A stretch of DNA of 45,455 nucleotides. It comes from Pseudonocardiaceae bacterium. Lineage in GTDB: Bacteria > Actinomycetota > Actinomycetes > Mycobacteriales > Pseudonocardiaceae. Below the pieces are notes generated by a model. The model saw nothing but the letters and a program-made list of their open reading frames with translations. It ran no database searches and was not told where the DNA came from. The position numbers were made by a program, and so were the translations under genes. This document shows, piece after piece, positions 30,802 to 43,037 of this stretch. How positions within the stretch are numbered: the stretch's first letter is position 1; every line of letters begins with the position of its first letter. The stretch covers positions 1 to 45,455 of the forward strand of contig DASYMC010000012.1 in assembly GCA_036009255.1 (NCBI GenBank), read 5' to 3'.

Positions 30802-33306
30802 ATGACTCTCACCGAGGCGCTGCCCACCGGTTCCGGGCCCGACGAACTGTTCGACACCTTTGCCGGCTGGGTGTCAGCCCAGGGCCTCGCCCTGTATCCG
30901 GCCCAGGAAGAGGCGCTGATCGAGATCGTCTCGGGCTCCAATGTGATTTTGGCCACTCCTACCGGATCCGGTAAGAGTTTGGTTGCGACGGGCGCGCACG
31001 CTACCGCGTTGGCGCAGGGCAAACGCAGCGTCTACACCGCGCCGATCAAGGCGCTGGTGTCGGAGAAGTTCTTTGCGTGCTGCGGTGTTTTCGGTGCCGA
31101 TCAGGTCGGGATGCTCACCGGTGACTCCAGCGTCAATGCCGAGGCACCCATCATCTGCTGCACGGCTGAGGTCCTGGCGAACATGGCGCTGCGCAGCGGA
31201 CCGGATACCGACGTCGGCCTGGTGGTGATGGATGAGTTCCACTACTACGCCGACCCGGATCGCGGCTGGGCTTGGCAGGTGCCGCTGCTGGAGCTGCCGC
31301 ACGCCCAATTCCTGCTGATGTCCGCAACGCTGGGCGACGTAACCCGATTCGAGCAGGACCTAACCCGGCGCACCGGCCGGCCTACGGCGGTGGTCCGCTC
31401 CGCACAGCGACCGGTTCCGCTGCACTTCCGGTACGTGAGCACACCGCTGCAGGACACACTCGAAGAGCTGCTGGCCACCAACTCGGCACCGGTGTACGTG
31501 GTCCATTTCACGCAGGCCTCCGCCGCAGAGCAAGCACAGGCGCTGACCAGCATCAACGTCTGCAGCCGCGCAGAGAAGGACGCCATCGCCGAGCTGATCG
31601 GTGGATTCCGGTTCACCGCCGGTTTCGGGCGCACGCTGTCCCGGCTGGTGCGCCACGGGATAGGAGTCCATCACGCGGGCATGCTGCCCCGGTATCGCCG
31701 CCTCGTGGAGCGGCTCGCCCAGTCCGGTCTGCTTAAGATCATTTGTGGCACTGACACGCTCGGGGTGGGGATCAATGTGCCGATCCGCACTGTGCTGCTC
31801 ACCGCCTTGGCGAAATACGACGGGACCCGCACTCGTCATCTCACTGCCCGCGAGTTCCACCAGATCGCCGGCCGAGCCGGCCGAGCCGGCTACGACACCG
31901 CCGGCTTCGTCGTCGTGCAGGCCCCCGAACACGTGGTGGACAATGCCAAGGCGGTGGCCAAGGCAGGCGACGATCCCCGTAAGCGCCGCAAGATTGTCCG
32001 CAAGAAACCCCCCGAGGGTGCGGTGTCCTGGAGTGATCGCACCTTCGAGCGGCTGGTGGCGGCCGAGCCGGAAGCGTTGAGCTCGAGCTTTGCCGTTAGC
32101 CACGCGATGTTACTCAACGTCGCCAACCGCCCCGGCGATGCGTTCGCCGCGATGCGCCACCTGCTCACCGATAACCACGAGGACCGGCCCGTGCAGCGCC
32201 GGCTGATCCGCCAGGCCATCGCGATGTACCGCGCGTTGCTGGCCGCTGGTGTGATCGAGCGGTTGCCGGTCCCGGATGCCGATGGCCGTACGGTGCGGCT
32301 GACCGGGGACCTGCAGCTCGACTTCGCGCTCAACCAGGCGCTTTCGCCATTCGCACTGGCCGCGATCGAGTTGCTGGATCGGGATTCGCTCGACTACCCG
32401 CTAGACGTTCTGTCCATGCTCGAGGCCACTTTGGACGACCCTCGGCAGATACTGGGTGCGCAACTGTCCAAGGCCAAGGGCGAAGCCGTGGCGGCAATGA
32501 AGGCCGAGGGCATCGAGTATGAGGAGCGGATGCGCCTCCTTGAAGACATCACCTACCCGATGCCACTGGCTGAGCTCCTCGACGCCGCATTCGAGACCTA
32601 CCGGCAGGGCCACCCGTGGGTGGCCGACCATCGGCTGTCCCCCAAGTCGGTGGCTCGTGATCTGGCCGAACGGGCGATGACCTTCACCGAGTACGTCGGG
32701 TTCTACGGTCTGGCCCGCTCCGAGGGACTGGTACTCCGTTACCTGGCCGGCGCCTACCAGGCGCTGCGGCGCACGGTACCGGAGGACGCCAAGACGGACG
32801 CCCTGCGTGACCTCGAAGAGTGGCTGGGCGAGCTGGTCCGCCAGGTCGACTCCAGCCTGCTGGACGAATGGGAGAACCTGCGCAATCCCCAGAAGCAGGA
32901 GTCGATGCCGGCGGCGGTGGACCATCGACCTCCGCCGGTCACGGCCAACTCGCGGGCCTTCCGGGTGCTGGTGCGTAATGCCCTGTTCCGCAGGGTGGAG
33001 CTGGCCGCCCGCCGGCGCTGGACCGAGCTGGGTGAGCTCGATGTGGACGCCGGATGGAATGCGCAGGCGTGGCAGGACGCGGTAGAACCGTACTTCGACG
33101 ACCATGCCGAGATCGGCACCAGTGCGGACGCCCGCGGCCCACATTTACTGATCATCGACTACCAACCCGGCAAATGGGTAGTGCGGCAGATCCTGGACGA
33201 TCCGGCGGGGCACCACGACTGGGCCATCAACGCCGAGGTCGACCTACCCGCCTCCGATGAGGCCGGGACAGCTGTGCTACGAGTGACCACAGTGGGCCCA
33301 GCTTGA
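30802..33306 (+). CDS. Ski2-like DEAD/DEAH-box helicase with DUF3516-like C-terminal region
   Basis: Carries ATPTGSGKSLVA, DEFH, SAT, HHAGMLPRYRRLVE and QIAGRAGRAGYD. ATG 30802 gives MTLTEALPTGSG. The upstream part of the ORF is R/P-rich. Confidence 0.85.
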   Translation: MTLTEALPTGSGPDELFDTFAGWVSAQGLALYPAQEEALIEIVSGSNVILATPTGSGKSLVATGAHATALAQGKRSVYTAPIKALVSEKFFACCGVFGADQVGMLTGDSSVNAEAPIICCTAEVLANMALRSGPDTDVGLVVMDEFHYYADPDRGWAWQVPLLELPHAQFLLMSATLGDVTRFEQDLTRRTGRPTAVVRSAQRPVPLHFRYVSTPLQDTLEELLATNSAPVYVVHFTQASAAEQAQALTSINVCSRAEKDAIAELIGGFRFTAGFGRTLSRLVRHGIGVHHAGMLPRYRRLVERLAQSGLLKIICGTDTLGVGINVPIRTVLLTALAKYDGTRTRHLTAREFHQIAGRAGRAGYDTAGFVVVQAPEHVVDNAKAVAKAGDDPRKRRKIVRKKPPEGAVSWSDRTFERLVAAEPEALSSSFAVSHAMLLNVANRPGDAFAAMRHLLTDNHEDRPVQRRLIRQAIAMYRALLAAGVIERLPVPDADGRTVRLTGDLQLDFALNQALSPFALAAIELLDRDSLDYPLDVLSMLEATLDDPRQILGAQLSKAKGEAVAAMKAEGIEYEERMRLLEDITYPMPLAELLDAAFETYRQGHPWVADHRLSPKSVARDLAERAMTFTEYVGFYGLARSEGLVLRYLAGAYQALRRTVPEDAKTDALRDLEEWLGELVRQVDSSLLDEWENLRNPQKQESMPAAVDHRPPPVTANSRAFRVLVRNALFRRVELAARRRWTELGELDVDAGWNAQAWQDAVEPYFDDHAEIGTSADARGPHLLIIDYQPGKWVVRQILDDPAGHHDWAINAEVDLPASDEAGTAVLRVTTVGPA

Positions 33307-33317
33307 GGCTGGCTGGA

Positions 33318-34055
33318 TCAGAGTTGCTGGAGGCCGTTGAGCACCCGCTGCATCAGGACGATATCCGGGAACGCATCGGCGGATCCCACGGTGCGGTGCA
33401 CCACGACGCTACCCGCCTCAGCCATATCTCCCAGCACGACTCGGGCCACCCCTAGCGGAATCGATACCAGAGCCGCAAGCTCCGCGACCGAACGTGGAGC
33501 TGCGCACAGCGTCAGGATCGTGGTGTGCTCAGGTGGCGCGGTTGGGTCGATCAGCTGATCGGTTGCCGAGACCAAGGTCTCAAGAGAGAGTTCACATCGC
33601 GACGCGGTCCGCCCCCCCGTCCAGAAGTAGGGCCGCACCAAACCCCCGGTTTCCCTGTCTGTGTCGCCAGGGGACCAGCCAAACCACTCAGCACCGTCGA
33701 CCCCCGCTGGCTCGACCACTAACGGTGTGTTCTCCGGCTGACGCTCGACGCCAGTGATCTTCGAACGCAGGTCAGTGGTCCGCAGCCCGGTACCCGTCGG
33801 TTCAGAATCCGCGCGTTCGGATTCCGGGCCCTTACGCCGCCACCGCTTCAAACCAGCTGAGAACCGAGCGCCGGTCTGACCGACAAGTGGCTGTTCAGCG
33901 CGACGATGGTGGGCTACGACGGCGTCCTGCTCGTTCGGCGGCTGCGCTGCTGCCCGGCTGCGACGGCCAGCAGCACCCCCAAATCGGGCGCCGGTAAGGC
34001 CGACCTCGAGATCGTCGGCCGAGCGATGTCCGCCCGTTTGTTGCTCTGCAGCCAC
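33318..34055 (-). CDS. DUF742 domain protein (conservon CvnC-like), orphan
   Basis: The C-terminal LVRPYFWTGGRT...EHTTILTLCAAPRSVAELAALVSIPLGVARVVLGDMAEAGSV is DUF742-type. The long N-terminal region looks disordered. Confidence 0.7.
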   Translation of the reverse strand: MAAEQQTGGHRSADDLEVGLTGARFGGAAGRRSRAAAQPPNEQDAVVAHHRRAEQPLVGQTGARFSAGLKRWRRKGPESERADSEPTGTGLRTTDLRSKITGVERQPENTPLVVEPAGVDGAEWFGWSPGDTDRETGGLVRPYFWTGGRTASRCELSLETLVSATDQLIDPTAPPEHTTILTLCAAPRSVAELAALVSIPLGVARVVLGDMAEAGSVVVHRTVGSADAFPDIVLMQRVLNGLQQL

Positions 34056-34083
34056 GGCGCGGGAGACTAGGCCATCTGTGTTA

Positions 34084-34124
34084 ACGCGCTGTAACAGGGG
34101 GTGTTCACCCTTGTTACGGCGCGT
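34084..34124. repeat. 41-nt near-perfect inverted repeat (possible terminator or operator)
   Basis: Reads ACGCGCTGTAACAGGGGGTG TT CACCCTTGTTACGGCGCGT. The arms pair over about 19 positions allowing 2 G-U pairs and one bulge. Confidence 0.6.
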
Positions 34125-34160
34125 CCAATGGTAAAGGCTCCGATGGTAAGGACGGGGCCC

Positions 34161-34724
34161 TCAGCTCGGTGCGTTGCCTGGTTTCCACTTGATCCCGCAT
34201 CCGAGGCTGGGCATCTGCGGTTCTCCCACCGGCTTGCCTGCCAGCACCAGCTCCAGCGCCGCGCGCAGTGCCTGGCCGGTCACTGGGATGTCGTTGCGAG
34301 GCCGGGACTCATCGAACTCTCCCCGGTAAGCAAGCTGACCTGCCGCGTCATAGAGGAAGAAGTCCGGAGTGCAAGCGGCCCGGTAGTCCAGTGCAATCTG
34401 CTGAGTCTCATCGAGCAGGTAGGGGAAAGTGAACCCGGCTCGGCGGACCTGTTCGGCCAGCCCATCCGGACCATCATCGGGATAGTTTGCGATGTCGTTG
34501 CTGCAGATCCCCACGGCGGCCACATCGCCGGCATGTTCGGTGACGAGCGAGCCGAGCTGCCGCTCGAGATGCCGGACGTAGGGACAGTGGTTGGACAGAA
34601 ACATCACCAGTAACGGCCGGCCAGCGGCGAGGCCCTCCGAGCTGACAAGCTCACCATCGAGAGACGGCAGAGCGAACGGCGGTGCCGGCGTGCCGAGCGG
34701 GACCATGAACGAGTTCACTGCCAT
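34161..34724 (-). CDS. thioredoxin-fold (AhpC/TSA/redoxin-like) protein
   Basis: Carries PAPPFALPSLDG...LLVMFLSNHCPYVRH. Start ambiguous between ATG 34724 and GTG 34745. Confidence 0.7.
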   Translation of the reverse strand: MAVNSFMVPLGTPAPPFALPSLDGELVSSEGLAAGRPLLVMFLSNHCPYVRHLERQLGSLVTEHAGDVAAVGICSNDIANYPDDGPDGLAEQVRRAGFTFPYLLDETQQIALDYRAACTPDFFLYDAAGQLAYRGEFDESRPRNDIPVTGQALRAALELVLAGKPVGEPQMPSLGCGIKWKPGNAPS

Positions 34725-34792
34725 GCCGGTAGTTTCCCACCACACGTAATGGATCGGTGAGATCCATGCGATGGGCGGTAGGTTGGCCGATC

Positions 34793-35473
34793 GTGGAGCT
34801 CTACGAGGTCATGCGAACGACACCAGCAACCCGGTCGTTCACCGGCCAGGCCGTGCCGGACGCGGTAGTGCATCGCATCCTCGACCATGCCAGGTTCGCA
34901 CCCAGCGGGGGCAACCGGCAGGGATGGCATGTTGTCCTGCTCCGGGACGCCGCGATTCGACGCAGGATACGAGAGCTTTACGCCCTTGGCTGGCGCGAAT
35001 ACACGGCGCACGTCGAGGAGGGACTGGTGCCGTTCGCCCCGCGCGAGCACGGCCGCTGGAACGGTCCGGCGGTGGATCTCGATGCGGCCCGCCGGCTACC
35101 CAGACCCAACGACTTCGCTGACACCCTGGACACCGTCCCGGTGTTGCTGCTGCTGATTGCCCGTCTCGGTGCGCTGGCGTGCGTCGACAACGGCCTGGAC
35201 CGGCAGAGCATCGTCGGCGGCGGATCGATCTATCCGTTCGGGCACAACATCCTGCTGGCAGCCCGCAATGAAGGCCTCGGTGGCGTGCTGACCTCGGTGT
35301 TGGTCCGGCAGGAGGATGCCGTGCGGAAGCTGATCGGTATCCCCGATGATCACGCAGTGGCCGGCCTTATCGCACTGGGATACCCGGTGCGGACGATCCG
35401 CAAGCTGCGTCGACGGCCCGTCGACCAGTTCACCACGGTGGATCGGTTCGACGGGCCGGCCTTCGAGCCCTGA
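34793..35473 (+). CDS. nitroreductase family protein
   Basis: Carries TTPATRSFTGQAVPD...ARFAPSGGNRQGWHVVLL. Start ambiguous between GTG 34757 and GTG 34793. Confidence 0.8.
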   Translation: MELYEVMRTTPATRSFTGQAVPDAVVHRILDHARFAPSGGNRQGWHVVLLRDAAIRRRIRELYALGWREYTAHVEEGLVPFAPREHGRWNGPAVDLDAARRLPRPNDFADTLDTVPVLLLLIARLGALACVDNGLDRQSIVGGGSIYPFGHNILLAARNEGLGGVLTSVLVRQEDAVRKLIGIPDDHAVAGLIALGYPVRTIRKLRRRPVDQFTTVDRFDGPAFEP

Positions 35474-35494
35474 TCACGGCCGTGATCAGGGCTC
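35465..35494. terminator. bidirectional stem-loop between convergent genes
   Basis: GAGCCCTGATCAC GGCC GTGATCAGGGCTC forms a perfect 13-bp stem with a 4-nt loop. It overlaps the nitroreductase stop and lies 12 nt from the small ORF's stop. No U-tract. Confidence 0.6.
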
Positions 35495-35505
35495 GCTAGC
35501 CTGCC

Positions 35506-35700
35506 TCAGGCTTCTCCGCCCTTAAGCTTGTTAACCACGCCCTCGATCTGGTCGTGGAACTTGCCCTTGGTGAGATTATCCAGGAGACCGGCGGCCTGCA
35601 CGGCAATCTTGGCGGCCGCCTCGGGGTTGGCCTTCGCGAAACGGCGAGCGCCTTCCACAAGTCCCACCAGAATCACAATCTTCCTTAGCTTCCCCAGCAT
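35506..35700 (-). CDS. small protein, MT0933-like (PF14013-type) antitoxin-like family
   Basis: 64 aa. The C-terminal LTKGKFHDQIEGVVNKLKG resembles the T-x-GKY...I-x-K motif of that family. GGGAGGAAAC lies before the ATG. Confidence 0.5.
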   Translation of the reverse strand: MLGKLRKIVILVGLVEGARRFAKANPEAAAKIAVQAAGLLDNLTKGKFHDQIEGVVNKLKGGEA

Positions 35701-35856
35701 TGTTTCCTCCCTAGGCCAACCACGATTTCCACGAGATCACCGCGAAGTGGCGAGGATACCGCGACCGGATCGGGCCCCGGGAGGATGGTCGGGCAAAATC
35801 GGCCACAATCGCCCATTCAGGACCTTCAGTCAGGATTCCCTGACGCCCGTTGCCGG

Positions 35857-36234
35857 TCAGAATCCCATTGCCTGGGCGCGGCGCTTCACCTCGCGACCCC
35901 GATCGGTTCGCAACGCGCCGATCGGGGTGCCGGGCAGCGAATCCTCCGCGGTGAACAACCACCGCAGGATCTCCTCAGGCGGGTAGCCGGCGTCGCGCAG
36001 CAACGTGATCGTGCCGGGCAGCCCCTTAACCACGGCGTTGCCGGTGAGGAACTCCGCAGGTACCACTACCACACCGTGGCGGCGGACTCCCAGCAGTTGC
36101 CCATCGCGCAGCATCTGGTGCACGCGGGTTACCGGCAATCCGAGCCGTTGCGCGACATCAGGTAGCGGCAGCACCACCACCTCGGGATCGAGCACGTCCG
36201 GGGCGATTGGGAGGTCGCTCACAGTGGTCACCAT
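35857..36234 (-). CDS. DNA-binding protein, Rv2175c-like (PknL-associated)
   Basis: ATG 36234 gives MVTTVSDLP...LPDVAQRLGLPVTRVHQMLRDGQLLGVRR...EILRWLFT...REVKRRAQAMGF, collinear with Rv2175c as I recall it. The ORF-track start at 36564 is a spurious extension. Confidence 0.8.
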   Translation of the reverse strand: MVTTVSDLPIAPDVLDPEVVVLPLPDVAQRLGLPVTRVHQMLRDGQLLGVRRHGVVVVPAEFLTGNAVVKGLPGTITLLRDAGYPPEEILRWLFTAEDSLPGTPIGALRTDRGREVKRRAQAMGF

Positions 36235-36303
36235 GCCATACCTATCAGCCCGCGCCCTTCCGCCGTTCGGGGCGCGCGGAGAGTCTCCTACGATCCTCGA
36301 ACT

Positions 36304-38298
<1,995 letters not shown>

Positions 38299-38310
38299 GA
38301 GTCGCCCACC

Positions 38311-39735
<1,425 letters not shown>

Positions 39736-39773
39736 TCACGGGCCCCATTGACGAACCTGCCGAGACGGACTGG

Positions 39774-40796
39774 TCAGCCGAAGAACACCTCGGCTTCCGC
39801 GTAACGGCCCTGCGGAACCGTCTTCACCACCGCGGTGGCCTCCGCGAGCTTCACCCTGACGATGTCGGTGCCGCGCAGCGCCACCATCACACCACTGTCA
39901 CCCTCGTGCACCGCATCGATCGCATGCACGCCGAATCGAGTGGCCAGCACCCGGTCGTAGGCAGTGGGCTTGCCGCCGCGCTGGATGTGTCCCAGCACCA
40001 CGGCGCGCGACTCGGCACCGGTGCGGCGGGCAATCTCATCCGCCAACCAGTTCCCGACACCGCCGAGGCGCTTGTGGCCGAAGGCATCAATCTCCGCGGC
40101 CGCGAGCGACTCCGCGCCGCCTTCTGGTACTGCACCCTCCGCCACTACGACAATCGCAGCGTCATCGCGCTCCAGGCAGCGGACGACCCACTGGCACACC
40201 CGATCGACAGAGAAGGGACGTTCCGGAATCAGGATCGCATTCGCCCCGCCCGCCATCCCGGAGTGCAGCGCGATCCAGCCCGCGTTGCGACCCATCACCT
40301 CGACGACCGCCGCACGGTGATGCGATTCGGCAGTCGTGCGCAACCGGTCGATCGCTTCGGTCGCGATGTGCACTGCGGTGTCGAACCCAAAGGTGTAGTC
40401 AGTGGCGCTCAAGTCGTTGTCGATGGTCTTGGGCACACCCACCACAAAAAGCCCGTCTTCGCTCAGCCGGCCGGCCACGCCGAGGGTGTCCTCGCCGCCG
40501 ATCGCGATCAGGGCGTCCACCCCGTGCTCGGCAAGAGTCTGCTTGACCTGCTCGGCACCGCCGTCTCGGTACGGGTTGGTGCGCGAGGTGCGCAGGATGG
40601 TGCCGCCGAGCGGCAGGATGTGCTCTACGTCGGCAAGACCGAGCGGCTGGGTCAGCCCCTGCATCGGCCCCCGCCAGCCGTCCCGGAATCCGATGATCTC
40701 GTGCCCGTAGGCCTCGATGCCCTTGCGGGTGACCGCCCGGATCACCGCATTGAGGCCGGGGCAGTCACCACCCCCCGTGAGTACGCCGATGCGCAT
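39774..40796 (-). CDS. pfkA: ATP-dependent 6-phosphofructokinase
   Basis: ATG 40796 gives MRIGVLTGGGDCPGLNAVIRAV. Carries GGEDTLG and PKTIDNDL. 340 aa. Confidence 0.9.
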   Translation of the reverse strand: MRIGVLTGGGDCPGLNAVIRAVTRKGIEAYGHEIIGFRDGWRGPMQGLTQPLGLADVEHILPLGGTILRTSRTNPYRDGGAEQVKQTLAEHGVDALIAIGGEDTLGVAGRLSEDGLFVVGVPKTIDNDLSATDYTFGFDTAVHIATEAIDRLRTTAESHHRAAVVEVMGRNAGWIALHSGMAGGANAILIPERPFSVDRVCQWVVRCLERDDAAIVVVAEGAVPEGGAESLAAAEIDAFGHKRLGGVGNWLADEIARRTGAESRAVVLGHIQRGGKPTAYDRVLATRFGVHAIDAVHEGDSGVMVALRGTDIVRVKLAEATAVVKTVPQGRYAEAEVFFG

Positions 40797-40876
40797 GTCG
40801 ATTCGCCCTTCCCACTCATGTACCGGATTGACGGGCGAAGCCTGGCACGACTCGATCGATGCGGCAAAGCGACAGG

Positions 40877-41380
40877 TCAGCGGGAACGGCTTTGCCTCGC
40901 CATGCGGTGTTGCTCGATCAGCCGCCACCGAGTGAGGTTGTACCGGGCGTCGGCCACAGCATCGTGGGCGTCACTGGGTGGCTGCGGTAATGCCGGCTTG
41001 CCGGCGTCCTCCCAGCGCTGCCTGAGGTCGCGAGTAAACCGAGGCAGGGCCTTCGGTAACGCCGGCATGGGCCCCCACAGTTGGGCGAGCGCGACGTGGT
41101 CGTAGGCGGCGAACCAAGCCCACAACTCCACCCGCTCACCGGAGGCGGTGAGAAACTCCAGCAAGGTGTCCCGGATAGCAGCCCGGCTACGCCAAGCCCG
41201 GTCCGCAGGCGGTGGCAGCTTGGGCAATACATGTGATCGGACCCAGTCTCCGGCCCTATCTGGGTCGAATTCGGTGGATACCGCGTAGTACTCCCGACCG
41301 TGCTCGTCCACCACTCCGATGGAGATCAGCTCGATGGTAACGCCGTCCTCGATGAACTCGCAGTCGTAGAAGAACCGCAC
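40877..41380 (-). CDS. DEDD 3'-5' exoribonuclease, Rv2179c-like
   Basis: GTG 41380 gives VRFFYDCEFIEDGVTIELISIGVVDEHGREYYAVSTEFD, collinear with Rv2179c. GAGGG lies 8 nt upstream. Confidence 0.85.
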   Translation of the reverse strand: MRFFYDCEFIEDGVTIELISIGVVDEHGREYYAVSTEFDPDRAGDWVRSHVLPKLPPPADRAWRSRAAIRDTLLEFLTASGERVELWAWFAAYDHVALAQLWGPMPALPKALPRFTRDLRQRWEDAGKPALPQPPSDAHDAVADARYNLTRWRLIEQHRMARQSRSR

Positions 41381-41583
41381 CCTACCGACCCTCACCCTCT
41401 CTGAACTGCTCGAACATCACGACGATATCCCCTCTGTCGGTGAGTCCTCCGCAGCACCATCCCCGTCGTGCCGACAGCACTTGCTCGGTCGGTGGGACAC
41501 AGGTGCTCACCGGCACGATGTTCTCGACGGTGCCGCTCGAATCCGGCAAGCCAGGTGAAGCGGGAGAACTCGACGTTGGTCCG

Positions 41584-42291
41584 TCAGGACGACTTAAGGG
41601 ACAGGCGCGGAGGTGCAGCCTCGCGCTCCTTGACCGATGTTGCGTAGATGTCGACGTACTCCTGACCAGAAAGATCCATCAAGGAGTACATGATCTCATC
41701 AACCAAGGACCGTTCGACGAATCGGTCACCGGCCAGACCCGCATAACGAGAGAAATCCAGCGGCGCGCCAAAGCGTATTTCCACCGGATGCGGCCGCCAC
41801 ATCTTGGTACCGGCCGGGCTCACTTTGTCAGTGCCCACCATCGCTACTGGGATCACCGGAACGCCGGCCTCCAGCGCCATCCGCGCGACGCCGGTCTTTC
41901 CCTTGTACAACCGCCCGTCAGGCGATCGGGTGCCTTCCGGATAGATGCCGAGCAACTTACCCGCGGCCAGCAATCGCACTCCGGTGTCGAGAGCGGCCTG
42001 GGCCGCAGACCCACTGGAGCGATCGATGGGAACCTGGCCTGCGGCGCTGAAAAACCGTCGCTTGAGCCATCCTCGCAGTCCGGGCGTGGTGAAGTACTCA
42101 CGCTTGGCCAAGAACGTGAGCCGCCGCCGGATCATCAGCGGCAGGAAGAAGGAGTCGGCGACCGCGAGGTGGTTGCTGGCCAGAATCGCACCACCGCGCC
42201 GAGGAATATGCTCGGAACCGCGAACGTGCGGGCGGCATGTCAGCTTCATCAGCGGGCCAAGCAGCAGGTGTTTGAGCAGCCAGTAGAACAC
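41584..42291 (-). CDS. plsC: 1-acyl-sn-glycerol-3-phosphate acyltransferase family protein
   Basis: Has the NHLAVAD (HX4D) and YPEGTRSPDG motifs. Rv2182c-like N-terminus. Confidence 0.85.
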   Translation of the reverse strand: MFYWLLKHLLLGPLMKLTCRPHVRGSEHIPRRGGAILASNHLAVADSFFLPLMIRRRLTFLAKREYFTTPGLRGWLKRRFFSAAGQVPIDRSSGSAAQAALDTGVRLLAAGKLLGIYPEGTRSPDGRLYKGKTGVARMALEAGVPVIPVAMVGTDKVSPAGTKMWRPHPVEIRFGAPLDFSRYAGLAGDRFVERSLVDEIMYSLMDLSGQEYVDIYATSVKEREAAPPRLSLKSS

Positions 42292-42506
42292 TGCCTATCG
42301 ATCCTTCCTTGCCCTCGCGGGCCGCAGCAGCAACAAGCCTACGGATGAGGACGTCCGCGGCACAACGGTCCCCCGACCATCTTGGCGTACGCGTCGCCTG
42401 CCGCCGCTGGTTCGCCGACTGCTTAGTATTCACGAGGTGCCCAGTTGGGATCCCGGTACTGTCAGCTCCGGAGCGAGTCGCCGAACACGGAGAGTGGTGT
42501 CGCCGG

Positions 42507-42944
42507 GTGACCTACCCTGATCCAGACGAACAAGAGCGTGACGGTCCAGCATCACGGGGCCGTTCGAAAGACCGTGCGGGGGACGATCTGGAGAACACCC
42601 ACGCAGCGTTCGACCGTATCGTCGCGGGCTTGAGGGCAGAACCCGACGACCCGCACTGGCCCGCACCGCGCCCGGCGCCGAAGCCCGCACCGGACACCGA
42701 TGAGGATCATTACGACCCGCCAGAACCTCCACCATTCCCGACACCTCGCCCGCGCACGGTCGGCGGCGTGCTTACCCTCACCGTGGGGCTGTTTTTGCTG
42801 GTAGCACCTAGCCTGCTAGGTCTGGGCGAGCGCATGGCGACGCCGTTGGGTCTGCTCGCCCTCGCCGCCGGGATCGGGTGGCTGGCAATCGGTCTGCGAC
42901 CCGATCCGCCACCGGAGGGATCAGACGACGGGGCACGGCTCTAA
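42507..42944 (+). CDS. hypothetical Pro-rich membrane protein
   Basis: An acidic/Pro-rich N-half is followed by two hydrophobic helices (VLTLTVGLFLLVAPSLL, LGLLALAAGIGWLAIGL). Start uncertain: GTG 42507, while the ORF is open from 42309. Confidence 0.45.
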   Translation: MTYPDPDEQERDGPASRGRSKDRAGDDLENTHAAFDRIVAGLRAEPDDPHWPAPRPAPKPAPDTDEDHYDPPEPPPFPTPRPRTVGGVLTLTVGLFLLVAPSLLGLGERMATPLGLLALAAGIGWLAIGLRPDPPPEGSDDGARL

Positions 42945-43037
42945 ATATCAGGCCCGCCACATCAGGCGAGGAGCTCCACCCAGTCGAGTGGTCGGCCATG
43001 CCGCGCAGGTTACCGATCATCTTGCCGCAGGAAGTGG

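Noticed and set aside
41381-41583. 203-bp gap between plsC and the exoribonuclease gene, where M. tuberculosis has Rv2180c/Rv2181, considered for a hidden small gene
   Set aside because: Only tiny ORFs are present, for example a 22-codon [22 protein letters not shown] and a 12-codon VMFEQFREGEGR. The first is R-rich and neither has a convincing SD. No RNA-gene-like structure was recognised.
42430-42744. Minus-strand 104-aa ORF opposite the Pro-rich membrane protein gene
   Set aside because: The translation is Arg/Pro-rich with no hydrophobic core or motif. The + strand frame at least encodes two clean TM helices. Neither is strongly supported, so only the + strand gene is listed, at 0.45.
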